A stretch of 64,000 bases of DNA, taken from the NCBI GenBank assembly GCA_046538485.1, contig JBKHIT010000008.1, forward strand, positions 35,549 through 99,548, written 5' to 3'. Numbering within the stretch: the first letter of the stretch is position 1; every line of letters begins with the position of its first letter. The notes below the pieces were generated by a model. It was not told the DNA's origin. It saw only the letters and a program-made list of their open reading frames with translations, and did no database searches. Positions 1 through 10,039 of this stretch are shown piece by piece. The translations under genes were made by a program, and so were the position numbers. Origin of the DNA: Candidatus Brocadiia bacterium (lineage in GTDB: Bacteria; Planctomycetota; Brocadiia; SM23-32).

Positions 1-1316
1 ACCGGAATCGGCGCGCCCCAGTAACGCTGGCGGCTGATCAACCAGTCCCGAAGGCGATAACTGACATCCCCTTCTCCCATATCGTTCTCTTCAAGGTATT
101 CTATGACCTTGTGGACGCCCTCGCGACTCGGCGTGCCGTCAAGAGATCCGCTGTTGACCATGGTTCCGTGTTCTTCGAACGCCTCTCCCATAGTCTCCAC
201 ATCGATATCGCCATCTTTCGGTTGGATCACGACACGGATTGGCAGATCGTATTTTCGGGCGAACTCAAAGTCTCTCTGGTCGTGGGCCGGCACGGCCATG
301 ATCGCACCCGTGCCGTACTCCATCAGGACGTAGTTAGCTACCCAGAGGGGAATCCTCGCACCGTTAACCGGATTGATGACATGACGACCGGTAAAACAGC
401 CCTGTTTATCAATCATCTCGCCGGAGCGGGCGAACAGACTCTGCCGTTTTGCTTCAGGAATGAATTCCAGAACATCTTCTTCCTGGTCGGTACCCGCGAC
501 CAGGTCGGCCAACCCCGGGTACTCGGGCGCGAGACACATGTAAGTCGCCCCCCAGAGCGTATCAGGACGGGTGGTGAAACACGGAATCGTCTCATCGCTA
601 TCCTCAAGCGGGAATTCGACGAGCGCCCCCTCGCTTCGGCCAATCCATTCCGCCTGCATTCGTTTCACGCGGCCCGGCCAGTCGTCCAGTTGCTCCAGAT
701 CATCCAGAAGCGGTCGGGCATAATCGGTAATTTTGAAAAACCACTGTTTGAGATCTTTCTCTTCAACCAGTTCTCCGCACCGTTCACAGCGGCCATTAAC
801 AACCTCTTCGTTGGCCAAACCTGTCTGACAACTCGGACACCAGTTAACCGGCGCGTCGGCACGATAAGCCAGGTCCGCTTCATACAATTTCAAAAACACC
901 CATTGCGTCCATTTGTAATAATCCGGCTCGCTGGTGTTGACTTCGCGCTCCCAATCATATTCCACACCGAGAGATTTGATCTGTTCTTTCATCGTCTCGA
1001 TGTTTTTCTTGACCGATTCGGCCGGGGGAATTCCGCTTTTGATAGCCGCGTTCTCTGCCGGCAATCCAAAAGCATCCCATCCCATGGGCGCCAGAACGTT
1101 GAATCCGCGCATCATTTTATACCGAGCCACTACATCGCCCATGATGTAGTTGCGCCCGTGGCCCACGTGCAGCGCACCAGAAGGATAGGGAAACATTACA
1201 AGGCAATAGAATTTCGGATCGTCAGCCATGTCGACTGCACGGAAGACATCTTCGCTTCGCCAGTATTTCTGCCAGTAATCTTCGATCTTTTTGGGATTGT
1301 AAGCCGTATCAGCCAT
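1..1316 (-). CDS. leuS: Leucyl-tRNA synthetase, N-terminal ~438 codons (gene continues past the left window edge)
   Basis: Own translation of the minus strand from ATG 1316-1314: MADTAYNPKKIEDYWQKYWRSEDVFRAVDMADDPKFYCLVMFPYPSGALHVGHGRNYIMGDVVARYKMMRGFNVLAPMGWDAFGLPAENAAIK... It carries the class I HIGH-type motif (HVGH) in a LeuRS-typical context. The frame is open to position 1. It is absent from the ORF track because there is no stop inside the window. The 111..1430 + ORF is its antisense shadow. Confidence 0.9.
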   Translation of the reverse strand, partial: MADTAYNPKKIEDYWQKYWRSEDVFRAVDMADDPKFYCLVMFPYPSGALHVGHGRNYIMGDVVARYKMMRGFNVLAPMGWDAFGLPAENAAIKSGIPPAESVKKNIETMKEQIKSLGVEYDWEREVNTSEPDYYKWTQWVFLKLYEADLAYRADAPVNWCPSCQTGLANEEVVNGRCERCGELVEEKDLKQWFFKITDYARPLLDDLEQLDDWPGRVKRMQAEWIGRSEGALVEFPLEDSDETIPCFTTRPDTLWGATYMCLAPEYPGLADLVAGTDQEEDVLEFIPEAKRQSLFARSGEMIDKQGCFTGRHVINPVNGARIPLWVANYVLMEYGTGAIMAVPAHDQRDFEFARKYDLPIRVVIQPKDGDIDVETMGEAFEEHGTMVNSGSLDGTPSREGVHKVIEYLEENDMGEGDVSYRLRDWLISRQRYWGAPIP

Positions 1317-1576
1317 GCTGTTGCTTGCTCCGCTGGATCGGGGAAACAGTTTTCATGCAATCTCAGGCAGGATATCGATTATATCGCCCAGCGCCCCCGG
1401 TTCAAACGAATTGAGCGATTTCAGCGTTAAACGCATTAGAAGAGTTCGAAGGGACTTAAGAGACGTAAGGGACACAGGTCGGGGCGAAAGCGCCGCCCGC
1501 TGCTGTTTTTAAGAGGCGCCTTCTCTGGTATACTTGGAAACAAATCGAGCCCTGTTTTCGGCTGGAATGTCAAAAA

Positions 1577-2341
1577 ATGACCGCAAACCACCTCTATCTC
1601 GCTTTCGATATCGGAAATACTACGGTCCGCATTGCCGTCCGCGGCACGGAGGGATGGGAACCCGTGGAGACCATACGCACTCGGCCGCTGGAGAACCTGC
1701 CGGACCGAGTGGGCGATGCCGTATCCCATGCGGACCTCGCCGGTGAGCCAGATCGCATTCTGGCCTCGTCGGTCTGCCCGACTATAGACGATATGGTGGT
1801 GGAGACTTGCAACAAATCGGGATGGCGAGTGCCGGAATTTTTCGGTAAGGATCTCCCGATACCGATACAAACTTCCGTCCGCGAACCGGAAAAGGTAGGA
1901 AATGATCGCTTGCTCTGTGCGCTGGGAGCTCGGGAAATGGTCGGTAGCCCCTGCATTGTCATCGGGATGGGCACGGCCATCACCGTTGATCTTATCGATC
2001 ATGAGGGGATATTCGCGGGGGGGGCAATCGCCCCGGGTTTGCGCTTAAGCGCACGGGCGCTCAATGAAGGCACAGCCGCCCTGCCCGCAATTCTCATCGA
2101 TTCTCCCGCCGAAACACCGGGGAAAGACACCGAATCTGCGATTCGGTGCGGCGTGCTGGCTTTCTGCCGCGGGGGCGTGCAAAAGCTTGTATCCAAATTC
2201 AGCGCTGAGTTTCAAAGCGACCTCGAAGTTGTACTGACGGGAGGCGATGCGAATTGGCTGGAATGTGATACCTGGGACAGATCGGTTCGGCAGGTTCCCC
2301 TGTTGATTTTCCGTGGTATGAAAGTAGCCGTCTCGGAGTAA
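1577..2341 (+). CDS. coaX: Type III pantothenate kinase
   Basis: ORF track, 254 aa. Shows YLAFDIGNTTVRIA, KVGNDRL, MGTAITVDL, GGAIAPG and LTGGDA motifs typical of CoaX (ASKHA fold). Confidence 0.85.
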   Translation: MTANHLYLAFDIGNTTVRIAVRGTEGWEPVETIRTRPLENLPDRVGDAVSHADLAGEPDRILASSVCPTIDDMVVETCNKSGWRVPEFFGKDLPIPIQTSVREPEKVGNDRLLCALGAREMVGSPCIVIGMGTAITVDLIDHEGIFAGGAIAPGLRLSARALNEGTAALPAILIDSPAETPGKDTESAIRCGVLAFCRGGVQKLVSKFSAEFQSDLEVVLTGGDANWLECDTWDRSVRQVPLLIFRGMKVAVSE

Positions 2342-2441
2342 TACCACAGGTTGAGGGGCGACCGGAATCGGGATCTTCAAACCGTGCGAAGCACCTGGCT
2401 CTTGTTCTCGGGTAAAGGGTCTATTTTCGAGAGAAACCGGT

Positions 2442-3554
2442 TTAAGAATCTTCCGCAAGCGCACGAATCCGGGCCTGCTTGTCCCATTCCTTAAGAGCTT
2501 CTACAATCGGATCCAGCTTCCCCATTAAAACGGTTTCAATCCCAAACGTATCCAGCCCGATACGGTGATCGGTCACCCGGTCCTGGGGGAAATTATACGT
2601 TCGGACCCGCTGGTTACGGTCGCCGCTGCCAACCTGGGTCCGACGGAGTTCATCACGTTTTTCTTTCTGTTCTTCCTGCTGTTTCTCGTAAATCTTTGCC
2701 CGCAACAGTTTCAAAGCCTGTTTCCTGTTTTTGTGTTGCGATTTTTCCTCCTGGCATTTCACAGCAATCCCGGTCGGTTCGTGGACAATGCGGACACACG
2801 AATCGACTTTGTTGACGTTCTGCCCGCCCGGGCCGGTTGAGCGCATAAAACTGATGTCAAGATCTTCCGGTTTGAGTTCAACTTCCACCTCCCGGACTTC
2901 CGGCAAAACGGCAACGGTCGCAAGACTTGTATGAATCCGTCCTTGAGACTCGGTTTTGGGTACCCTCTGCACGCGGTGCCCGCCACTTTCAAAACGCAGG
3001 TGCTGCCAGACCCCATTGCCGCTGATCGAAAGCACGATGTGTTTGAAGCCCCCCATGTCAGTGATACTTTTATCGAGGCAGCGAACCTTCCAGCCTTTTT
3101 GCTGGGCGTAGTGTTTGTACATCCCGAACAGATCCGCCGCGAAAAGCGCCGCCTCCTGCCCGCCGGTCCCGCTACGGATTTCCATAATAGCGCTTCGATG
3201 GGCTTCCTCGGAATCCGAACAGAGCTCACCAAGCACTTCATGAAGTATCTCGTTCTCCGATTTATCCGCCGCCTTTATTTCATCTTCGGCCAGCTCCGTC
3301 AATTCCGGATCCTCGTCGGATTCTTCAAGAAGCTCTTCCGCTTCCTTTTTCCTCTGCCGCGCTTCCTGCAGCTGTCTGTACATATCCCGGAATTTTGTAA
3401 GCTCTCCGTGTTCCCGGGCGACGTGCGCATAGCGACCGGAATTGGATGCCAGATCCGGATCGGCCAGTTTTTGCTCGAGTTCACGGTGTCGCTGGACCTT
3501 CTCTTCCAGCATCTCGCTCACTCGCTCTTTGATGTTTTCTTTCAACGCATCCAT
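2442..3554 (-). CDS. prfA: Peptide chain release factor 1
   Basis: ORF track, 370 aa. Has the GGQ motif (STGPGGQNVNKV) and an RF1-type codon-recognition region (QRVPKTESQGRIHTSLATVAVLPE, PxT type rather than the SPF of RF2). Confidence 0.92.
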   Translation of the reverse strand: MDALKENIKERVSEMLEEKVQRHRELEQKLADPDLASNSGRYAHVAREHGELTKFRDMYRQLQEARQRKKEAEELLEESDEDPELTELAEDEIKAADKSENEILHEVLGELCSDSEEAHRSAIMEIRSGTGGQEAALFAADLFGMYKHYAQQKGWKVRCLDKSITDMGGFKHIVLSISGNGVWQHLRFESGGHRVQRVPKTESQGRIHTSLATVAVLPEVREVEVELKPEDLDISFMRSTGPGGQNVNKVDSCVRIVHEPTGIAVKCQEEKSQHKNRKQALKLLRAKIYEKQQEEQKEKRDELRRTQVGSGDRNQRVRTYNFPQDRVTDHRIGLDTFGIETVLMGKLDPIVEALKEWDKQARIRALAEDS

Positions 3555-3619
3555 TGCTCAGGTACAGACTCCCCTCTCGTAATGTATATAAATGGGAAAA
3601 GCGTGTCCCCGGCTATCAG

Positions 3620-3874
3620 CTATTGGGATTCTTCCTGCTCGCCGCCGCCTGAAAGTTCCCGTTTTTTCTGTTCGATCGTGTCGCCCCAACGTTGCATAAA
3701 TTTTTCCACACGCCCGGCGCTATCAACAAACTTTTGTTGACCTGTGTAGAAAGGATGGCACTCGGAGCACACTTCAACGCGAATTTGCGGCACGGTCGCA
3801 CGAGTGGTAAAACTCGCGCCACAGCCACATTTGACCTCGCACTCTATATACTCGGGATGAATATCCGATTTCAC
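3620..3874 (-). CDS. rpmE: 50S ribosomal protein L31 (zinc-binding type)
   Basis: ORF track, 84 aa: [59 protein letters not shown]. This is the L31 signature with CxC...CxxC. Confidence 0.93.
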   Translation of the reverse strand: MKSDIHPEYIECEVKCGCGASFTTRATVPQIRVEVCSECHPFYTGQQKFVDSAGRVEKFMQRWGDTIEQKKRELSGGGEQEESQ

Positions 3875-4142
3875 AGGAAAGTCCTTTCGTACGTTTATAA
3901 GAGATTTTCGCCCCCAACAAACCGTATCTTACACGAAACAAACGAGCTCTGCAAATTCTCGGGCTGCCTCAGACAAGCAGATCCCGCAGTGAGCAAACCG
4001 TTTAATCCTCCCGCTCGCCTCCTCCCTTATTCTCAGCCCCTGGCTCTATTCATGTCGGGTTTTGGATTTCTCACCGCTGCACTCGGACCGCCATATCAAA
4101 ACCGACGTCAGCCGAACGAAGCTCTTCGCCGTGAGCAAGAAC

Positions 4143-5054
4143 TTACGGATACGAACACGGATCGATGTATTTAAGATCGCCGTCCGGTTCAATCAAGGCA
4201 TGCGGGGCGACCAGCATTTCGTATTCCCCGGCGCACATCTTCGACTCATTGAAACCAACTTCTCCGCAGGCGATACCGATCACATGCATGTCCCACGCCA
4301 GAGCGTTGAAATGCCCCTGGTGACGGTAGAAGAGAAAGTGGTCGGAGTTGGGTGGGTGGGAGCGCCACTCGCCCCAGCGCCGGCTGGCGCCGGTCCCGCC
4401 TGCTCCGAGACCGTCGCGCATCAACAATACTTTGGAGGGATAATTCATTTCGGCAGTCAGGTAGTACCGCTCGCATCGGTATGCTCCGCCAGCCCCGTAC
4501 CAGCCCCACGTGTTCGGGTAATTGTTGTTGGTCTTAATGTTGCACCTGTAGTTGTAGAGCCCGCCCGAGGCAAGCCAGAACTTGTCGCTCGACGCATAGC
4601 TGGGGTGATTGGCAATGATAATATCAACTTCGTGCGGTACGTAGTTGTAGCAGGCATATTTCTTGCCCGATGGGGCGCACCACCCGGTATTGTCGGTGGT
4701 AAACCCGGCCGATGGACAATCCCATACACCGAGCGGCCTGGCCCACTGGGCATGCCAGGGATAACCGTTCGGCCAGTAGTCCGGCAAATACCCGTTCTTC
4801 GTCAGGGGACCGTAGGCACCGGTGCCGTAGGTAGGACCACCAAAATCATTCATGTACATCGTCTGCGCCAGCCCGAGCTGCCCCAGGTTGTTCTTGCAGG
4901 AAACGTCGCGGGCAGCGTCGCGCGCTCTTTCCAGCGCCGGCATCAACATAGCTGCCAGAATGGCGATAATCGCTATGACGACCAGAAGTTCTATCAAAGT
5001 GAACGCCGATTCTCTGTGACCGCCTGATTGCGTCACTACACACCCCCTTTTCAC
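4143..5054 (-). CDS. Prepilin-type N-terminal cleavage/methylation domain protein (DUF1559-like pseudopilin)
   Basis: ORF track, 303 aa. ...[52 protein letters not shown] is a prepilin signal plus hydrophobic helix. The rest is rich in Gly, Tyr, Trp and Asn. The first codon is GTG at 5054. An alternative GTG at 5036 lies 6 nt after AAAAGGGGG and would give a shorter leader. Confidence 0.8.
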   Translation of the reverse strand: MKRGCVVTQSGGHRESAFTLIELLVVIAIIAILAAMLMPALERARDAARDVSCKNNLGQLGLAQTMYMNDFGGPTYGTGAYGPLTKNGYLPDYWPNGYPWHAQWARPLGVWDCPSAGFTTDNTGWCAPSGKKYACYNYVPHEVDIIIANHPSYASSDKFWLASGGLYNYRCNIKTNNNYPNTWGWYGAGGAYRCERYYLTAEMNYPSKVLLMRDGLGAGGTGASRRWGEWRSHPPNSDHFLFYRHQGHFNALAWDMHVIGIACGEVGFNESKMCAGEYEMLVAPHALIEPDGDLKYIDPCSYP

Positions 5055-5098
5055 TAAAATCTGGCCGAGTGAAGTTCTAACTGCGCGCTTTCTGTACT

Positions 5099-5128
5099 AC
5101 TGTATTCTCAACGCTCGCAGCCTGTCAA
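5099..5128 (-). promoter_or_regulatory. Candidate sigma70-type promoter for the pseudopilin gene
   Basis: On the minus strand: TTGACA (5128-5123), 18 nt, TACAGT (5104-5099), about 45 nt upstream of the GTG at 5054. Sequence match only. Confidence 0.3.
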
Positions 5129-5187
5129 ACTGAATCCATTAATTTACCAGGATATGGCACTCATCCCGCGAAGACCGTGCGCCCCGA

Positions 5188-5656
5188 AAAATTTGATATC
5201 GTAAAGGACGGGATTCCTCCGATCTCCTACAGTGATTGTTTGGTTTAACCAGTTCACGTGCGAGGAGCGAGGAATCCCGTGAAGGTAGTCTCCAGCGACC
5301 CGCCTCATAACGCCCTGATCGTAAGAGACCAAAACTCTGAGGATCCGAAGATAGATTAGATAACGCAGGACACATAGCGCGCCAGGCTCGGAAAGCGGGC
5401 AGGTGAATGCGACCGACCTGGGCCGGCGGTCAAGGCGGATCGGTGGGCGAAACTGGACTTGAGACGGGCAGTGCCTGCAAAAATGCCAGTGCGCGCGGAA
5501 ATCCCAACAAATCGACCCGCGTTCTGAACTCCAGTCCGCCCGCGGGGGGCTAATGGGGTGAAAAACCGTTTCTTTAGTCTAAACCGGCTCATCAACGGCT
5601 CTGAAATCCGGATTCTGGGGTAAAAACTTTTTCTGCCTACCGCTAAGTCCCGACTG
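5188..5656 (-). repeat. Two-module intergenic repeat, copy 1 (paired with 32033-32534)
   Basis: The reverse complement aligns with 32033-32534. The first 47 nt are identical (CAGTCGGGACTTAGCGGTAGGCAGAAAAAGTTTTTACCCCAGAATCC). Module I spans about 5440-5656 and module II about 5188-5292. The middle part is not similar between copies. Confidence 0.85.
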
Positions 5657-5733
5657 TGCAAATATTTCTGCTCAACGCACATGGCTCGCTCCCACTTCAG
5701 AAGCAAATGAACCGCCCACAGGCAGGCAAACCA

Positions 5734-7062
5734 CTAAAAGCTTTCACTGAACTCCACAGCCGGCTCAAGCACCTCCGTCACGACTCCCGCCCCGTTCAAA
5801 CGCCCGTGTCCCATCGCAACGGCCGAAAGCGAACGCGAACCGCACCCGTGTTCGGTAATATCGCCGAAAACTAGTTGAGCGATGCAGAAATAGGCTCGAC
5901 CCAGATCGACTGCTCGACGCAGCAATTTAATATCTTTCCTTATGATCCCCGTCAAAGCCCACAAAGGTGGACTCGGCGCAGCATCCCCGTTCTCGTCCAA
6001 CCAATCCGGTTTGTCACTTCGCATGCCGAGCGGCCCGGTCCCGACCCTCTCCGCGGGATCGACCACCATCGTCAACTCGCCGACCTCCCGAAACTGTTCT
6101 GGGGGCACCTTTTCCAAAAGTTCATCGAACTGCTCGCTCCCCGTTCGATTTCTGAAACGCCGCACGGCGGCCTGGGCTTGCCAGGCGATGGGGTTGGCGA
6201 TTTCTTCGGCCGCGACCTCTGTAATACGCGCCGCAGCGTCACGATAAATCGCATTATCCGTCTTTTCCCAAAGGGTCAGCATCGCATCGGGGACGGCCGA
6301 CGCCAGCAAATTCTCGGCTTTAGACAAAAGCAAATCCAGATCGTCGGGAGCTTCGCCGGCAAAAGATTCATAATCCCCGTCCCCGTTTTTCCGCTGGTAG
6401 ACCGGCCCTTCGGAATCGATCCCGACGGGCAGATTTTCGTCGGCCACGATGGCGTGTGCCCATCGTTGCCCGTAATGAATTGCGAAATCCAGGTAACGCT
6501 CCTCCCCTGTCGCATCGTGGGCAATCAAAGCGATCGATATCATGCGGACGTGTTCGGGGAAATTGAGGGACGGTTCGCCCACGAACTCGGTCCCGAGATA
6601 CAGAGAACGGAAAACGCCCCGGCCCCAATCGTACCAATCCGGTGCCCCCTCGCTCCAATTGCCTATGTGATGTGCGGCATCTTCGAGTTGCCGTACCGTC
6701 TCGCGATCCGTTTTGTCGAGTCCCACCAAAGATCCCAAAAAGAGTTCAAAATGTTCCGTGCCGTGATGAGCTTCCTGTTTTTTCCAGTATCCATGGCTCC
6801 AGCTGTCGTCCTGAACGAATCGCGCTCGGGTTCGATCCCGGTACATTTTCATAAACCGCAAAGGACGAGGATCCCCGGTCGTACGGGCGTAGGAAGCCCA
6901 GGGAACCATGAACGTGCCCCCATCGTGGGAACCGGAACTGATCCCTTTGGAATTGGCTTGAACGACCCGCCGCACCCAGGATTCCATTTCCGCGAGAAAC
7001 TGTTGGATCGCCGCCGCGAGCGAGGGGGATTCTGGCACCGTAGCCGTTGTGGAATCAGTCAT
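5734..7062 (-). CDS. Hypothetical protein (442 aa), no family recognised
   Basis: ORF track gives 5734..7140. I prefer ATG 7062 (MTDSTTATVPES...), which is preceded by GGAGAAG 6 nt upstream, because the longer start overlaps the rubredoxin gene. It is a long ORF free of low-complexity sequence; its opposite-strand ORF 5875..7107 looks like a shadow. Confidence 0.7.
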   Translation of the reverse strand: MTDSTTATVPESPSLAAAIQQFLAEMESWVRRVVQANSKGISSGSHDGGTFMVPWASYARTTGDPRPLRFMKMYRDRTRARFVQDDSWSHGYWKKQEAHHGTEHFELFLGSLVGLDKTDRETVRQLEDAAHHIGNWSEGAPDWYDWGRGVFRSLYLGTEFVGEPSLNFPEHVRMISIALIAHDATGEERYLDFAIHYGQRWAHAIVADENLPVGIDSEGPVYQRKNGDGDYESFAGEAPDDLDLLLSKAENLLASAVPDAMLTLWEKTDNAIYRDAAARITEVAAEEIANPIAWQAQAAVRRFRNRTGSEQFDELLEKVPPEQFREVGELTMVVDPAERVGTGPLGMRSDKPDWLDENGDAAPSPPLWALTGIIRKDIKLLRRAVDLGRAYFCIAQLVFGDITEHGCGSRSLSAVAMGHGRLNGAGVVTEVLEPAVEFSESF

Positions 7063-7085
7063 GTCGTCTTCTCCGCACGCAGAAT

Positions 7086-7247
7086 TCACTCGACGAGTTC
7101 GAACTGATCTTTCCCTACCCCACAAATGGGGCATTCCCAATCATCAGGAAGGTCTTCAAAAGACACGCCGGGATCGATTTCCGCGGCCGGATCACCTTTT
7201 TCGGGATCGTAAATATAACCACATACCTCACACCGATATTTTTCCAC
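7086..7247 (-). CDS. Rubredoxin (53 aa)
   Basis: The last 53 codons of track ORF 7086..7784 read (V/M)[52 protein letters not shown]. These are the two CxxCG knuckles and the spacing of rubredoxin. GTG start at 7247-7245 is preceded by AGGAGA plus 5 nt. The upstream part of the 232-aa ORF is antisense to the Gfo/Idh/MocA gene. Confidence 0.85.
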   Translation of the reverse strand: MEKYRCEVCGYIYDPEKGDPAAEIDPGVSFEDLPDDWECPICGVGKDQFELVE

Positions 7248-7436
7248 CTTTTTCTCCTGTTTTCCGTGAATTTCCGGGGCGAGAAGAGCGTCATTGTAAG
7301 TTTGCCTGTGGGCAGTGTCAACCACCCTTTTTTCCGTTTGATTTTGGGCGGGTCCCGTGTTACAAGAACCTTCTACTCGCCGTGTTTTGTTGTTTTTGGA
7401 AGACGAATATTTCCGCAGTATCAAAGGAGTGTATTT

Positions 7437-8588
7437 ATGTCGGCAGATAAGGTGCGAATTGGCATAGTTGGTGTTGGCGGTATGGGTTCCGGACATTGTA
7501 ACAGCTGCCAGAAGGTCGATGAGGTGGAACTGACCGGTGTGGCCGATATTGACGAAGACCGTGCGAAGGAGATCGGTGAGAAATACGATGTCCCGTATTT
7601 CACCTCCCACGAAGAACTCCTGGAGGCGGATCTTGCCGACGCGCTCGTCGTTGCCACGCCTCATTACTTTCACCCACCCATCGCCATCGATGGTTTCAAA
7701 GCGGGCCTTCATGTTCTGAGCGAAAAACCCATCGGCGTGCGCGTTGGATTCGCCGAGAAAATGGTCGAAGCCGCCGAAGAACACGATAAGATTTTCTGCG
7801 TGATGTTCCAGCGCCGTACGGAATCAGCCGTGCGGAAAGCCCGCGAACTCGTTGAAGCCGGTGAGCTCGGTGAGATCCACCGCACGCTTCTGGTATCACC
7901 GGAATTTCGCAGCCAGGCATATTATGATTCAGGGAGCTGGCGCGCCACATGGGCCGGCGAAGGGGGCGGACCAATGATGAACCAGGCCCCCCACATTATG
8001 GACATCTTCATCCTGCTCGGCGGTATGCCCTCCCGGGTCAATGGAACAACAAAGACCTGGATGCATGACATCGAAGTGGAAGATCATGCGGATGCCACCC
8101 TCGAGTATGAAAACGGTGCGACCGGTTATTTCTATGTCTCCACGTGCGAACCCGGTCCCGGCCAGATCATCCAGGTTTGGGGCGAAAAAGGCAAACTCCA
8201 GTTTATCGATGGTCAGCTCAGTTTTGCCCGCTACAAAACCCCTGTGAGTGAATTCAGCCGAGAAAATACCGAGATGTGGGGTAAACCGGAGACTGAAATG
8301 GTCGACCTGGAACTGCCGGAATGCGATACGGGCCATCACGTGATTCTCAGGAACTTTGCCCGATCCATTCTTGAAGGCGAACCTTTGATTTCACCCGGAG
8401 AAGTTGGCGTGAACCAACTTGAACTGGCCAACGCCATCGCCCTCTCATCGAATAAAGGTGAAGCCGTCGATATCCCGATCGACCGGGAAGCGTTCAACGC
8501 CCTGATGGAAGAACTTGCCGCCACCTCAAGTTACGACGAGTCTCAGCAGGAAGTGCACCGAGAAACTGACCCCCAGTTTGACGCCTGA
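7437..8588 (+). CDS. Gfo/Idh/MocA family oxidoreductase
   Basis: Track ORF 7047..8588, trimmed to ATG 7437 (AAAGGAG lies 7 nt upstream). [20 protein letters not shown] is a Rossmann N-terminus; HVLSEKPIG is the EKP motif. Confidence 0.85.
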   Translation: MSADKVRIGIVGVGGMGSGHCNSCQKVDEVELTGVADIDEDRAKEIGEKYDVPYFTSHEELLEADLADALVVATPHYFHPPIAIDGFKAGLHVLSEKPIGVRVGFAEKMVEAAEEHDKIFCVMFQRRTESAVRKARELVEAGELGEIHRTLLVSPEFRSQAYYDSGSWRATWAGEGGGPMMNQAPHIMDIFILLGGMPSRVNGTTKTWMHDIEVEDHADATLEYENGATGYFYVSTCEPGPGQIIQVWGEKGKLQFIDGQLSFARYKTPVSEFSRENTEMWGKPETEMVDLELPECDTGHHVILRNFARSILEGEPLISPGEVGVNQLELANAIALSSNKGEAVDIPIDREAFNALMEELAATSSYDESQQEVHRETDPQFDA

Positions 8589-8637
8589 GACTGTTATTGT
8601 TGAAACGGCGTGTCATTTTTTCTGAAGGAGGCCAAAA

Positions 8638-9666
8638 ATGGCTAAAATGAAAGCCGCAGTATGTCACGAACCATTCGACCTCACCATCGAGGAGGTTGAC
8701 AAACCTGAGCCGGGCGAGAGCGAAGTCGTCGTGAAGGTAAAAGCTACAGGCGTCTGCGGATCGGATGTTGACGGCTATATCGGCAAACACCCCTGGATTG
8801 ACCTGCCCATGATACTCGGACACGAATGCAGCGGCGTTGTGGATACTGTCGGGCCGGATGTAACGAAATTTGAGCCCGGCGATCCCGTCGTGGTCGAGCC
8901 GTTTTTTGTCTGCGGTGAATGTCCGAATTGCCTCAAAGGCGACTACAACATGTGCCGGGATATCACGATTATCGGGCATCAGGTCGATGGCTCTTTTGCG
9001 GAGTATATCCTGATGACAGAAAGGTTTTTGCATCCTCTGCCCGAGGCGGTGAGTTTTGAGGTAGGGGCGCTGGCCGAACCAATAAGCGGGGCCCTCCATG
9101 GCGTCGGGCGATGTAACCTGAACATTGGTGACTTTGTCGTTGTCCTGGGCTGCGGAACGATCGGTTATTTTTTGGTCCAACATGCGGTTAACAGTGGGGC
9201 CAAAGTACTCGTCACGGAACCCGAAGATTACAAAAGAGAGGCCGCCCTGGCCGTCGGAGCCGAATGGGTTCTCGACCCCACATCCGAATCCGTCGAAGAT
9301 AAGGTAATGGAAATCAGCGACGGGATAGGTGCCGATTGTGTGATGGAAGCCGTTGGTATCCAGGAAACAATCGGAAAAACCGTCTCCCTGGCCCGCAAGG
9401 GAGGAACCATTCTGCTCATGGGCTGGACCGGCAATGAAACAGACGATTTCGACTGCACGAATATGACATTGGACGAAATGACCGTGCTCGGCACGATGGG
9501 ATTTGCTTTCGATTTCCCCGTTACGCTCGACCTTCTGGCGCGCGATAAAGTCGATGCCGAACGTATTATCACCCACCGTTTTCCTCTCGATGAAGCCGAG
9601 GAAGCCCTCGAAACGCTTCACGAAAAACGGGACAATGTCTGGAAAGCCGCCCTCATCTTCGATTGA
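8638..9666 (+). CDS. Zinc-dependent alcohol/polyol dehydrogenase (MDR family)
   Basis: ORF track, 342 aa. Shows ATGVCGSDV, GHECSGVV, a structural-zinc Cys cluster (CGECPNCLKGDYNMC) and GCGTIG NAD-binding motifs. Confidence 0.85.
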   Translation: MAKMKAAVCHEPFDLTIEEVDKPEPGESEVVVKVKATGVCGSDVDGYIGKHPWIDLPMILGHECSGVVDTVGPDVTKFEPGDPVVVEPFFVCGECPNCLKGDYNMCRDITIIGHQVDGSFAEYILMTERFLHPLPEAVSFEVGALAEPISGALHGVGRCNLNIGDFVVVLGCGTIGYFLVQHAVNSGAKVLVTEPEDYKREAALAVGAEWVLDPTSESVEDKVMEISDGIGADCVMEAVGIQETIGKTVSLARKGGTILLMGWTGNETDDFDCTNMTLDEMTVLGTMGFAFDFPVTLDLLARDKVDAERIITHRFPLDEAEEALETLHEKRDNVWKAALIFD

Positions 9667-9687
9667 TCTCCCGGCACATTCCGAAGC

Positions 9688-9702
9688 GCCCGTTTAACGG
9701 GC
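9688..9702 (+). terminator. Short GC hairpin 3' of the dehydrogenase gene (weak terminator candidate)
   Basis: GCCCG-TTTAA-CGGGC lies 22 nt after the stop at 9666. No clear U-tract follows. Confidence 0.2.
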
Positions 9703-9882
9703 TCTCCGATTGTCCCGGCTTTGTTCCACGCGGCTTGGCCGCCGGATATCCGGCGTAATTGAGGCAGGCAAACGTTCGGAAATGGCAGGTAGCTGTAGGT
9801 CCACATCGCCGAGGCGGAACTGCCGTTGGTCGTTCTGCTGTTTTGCTCCGAGACCGAAAGTCCCAACAGACGCGACCGCGTT

Positions 9883-9911
9883 CTGAACTCCAGCCTCCGG
9901 CTGAAGTCCAG
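9883..9911 (-). repeat. Dispersed hairpin repeat unit (family R1), copy C
   Basis: The minus strand reads CTGGACTTCAGCC-GGA-GGCTGGAGTTCAG, flanked by GAGCGGA... and ...AACGCGG as in the other copies. It lies about 130 nt 3' of the co-oriented gene 10040..10903. Confidence 0.8.
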
Positions 9912-10039
9912 TCCGCTCATATGCCAGTGCCGATGATAAAAAATCGGCTGCACATCGCACTTACAAAAATCTCCGCACGAACGTGCCTTGCCAGCGCAAA
10001 CCGCTGGCTTTGCAATGCGTGCGGGATAGCGATCATATT

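Noticed and set aside
111-1430. 439-aa plus-strand ORF at the left edge
   Set aside because: Its sequence is low-information and Arg/His/Phe-rich. The opposite strand translates into an unmistakable LeuRS N-terminus. This is an antisense shadow ORF.
5356-5706. Track ORFs 5356..5706 (-) and 32083..32271 (+) encode similar peptides (..RFFTPLAPRxRTG..VQNAGR..)
   Set aside because: The similarity comes from the shared DNA repeat. The frames are not conserved outside short stretches, there is no RBS, and the same repeat in other copies is in different frames.
5875-7107. 410-aa plus-strand ORF
   Set aside because: It is antisense to the better-looking 5734..7062 gene. It is rich in Arg, Pro and Gly with no motifs, so it is a shadow ORF.
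7248-7784. Upstream 179 codons of track ORF 7086..7784
   Set aside because: This part is antisense to the Gfo/Idh/MocA gene and has no RBS or start context. Only the last 53 codons (rubredoxin) are real.
8494-9621. 375-aa minus-strand ORF
   Set aside because: It is antisense to the zinc dehydrogenase gene, whose motifs are clear. Shadow ORF.
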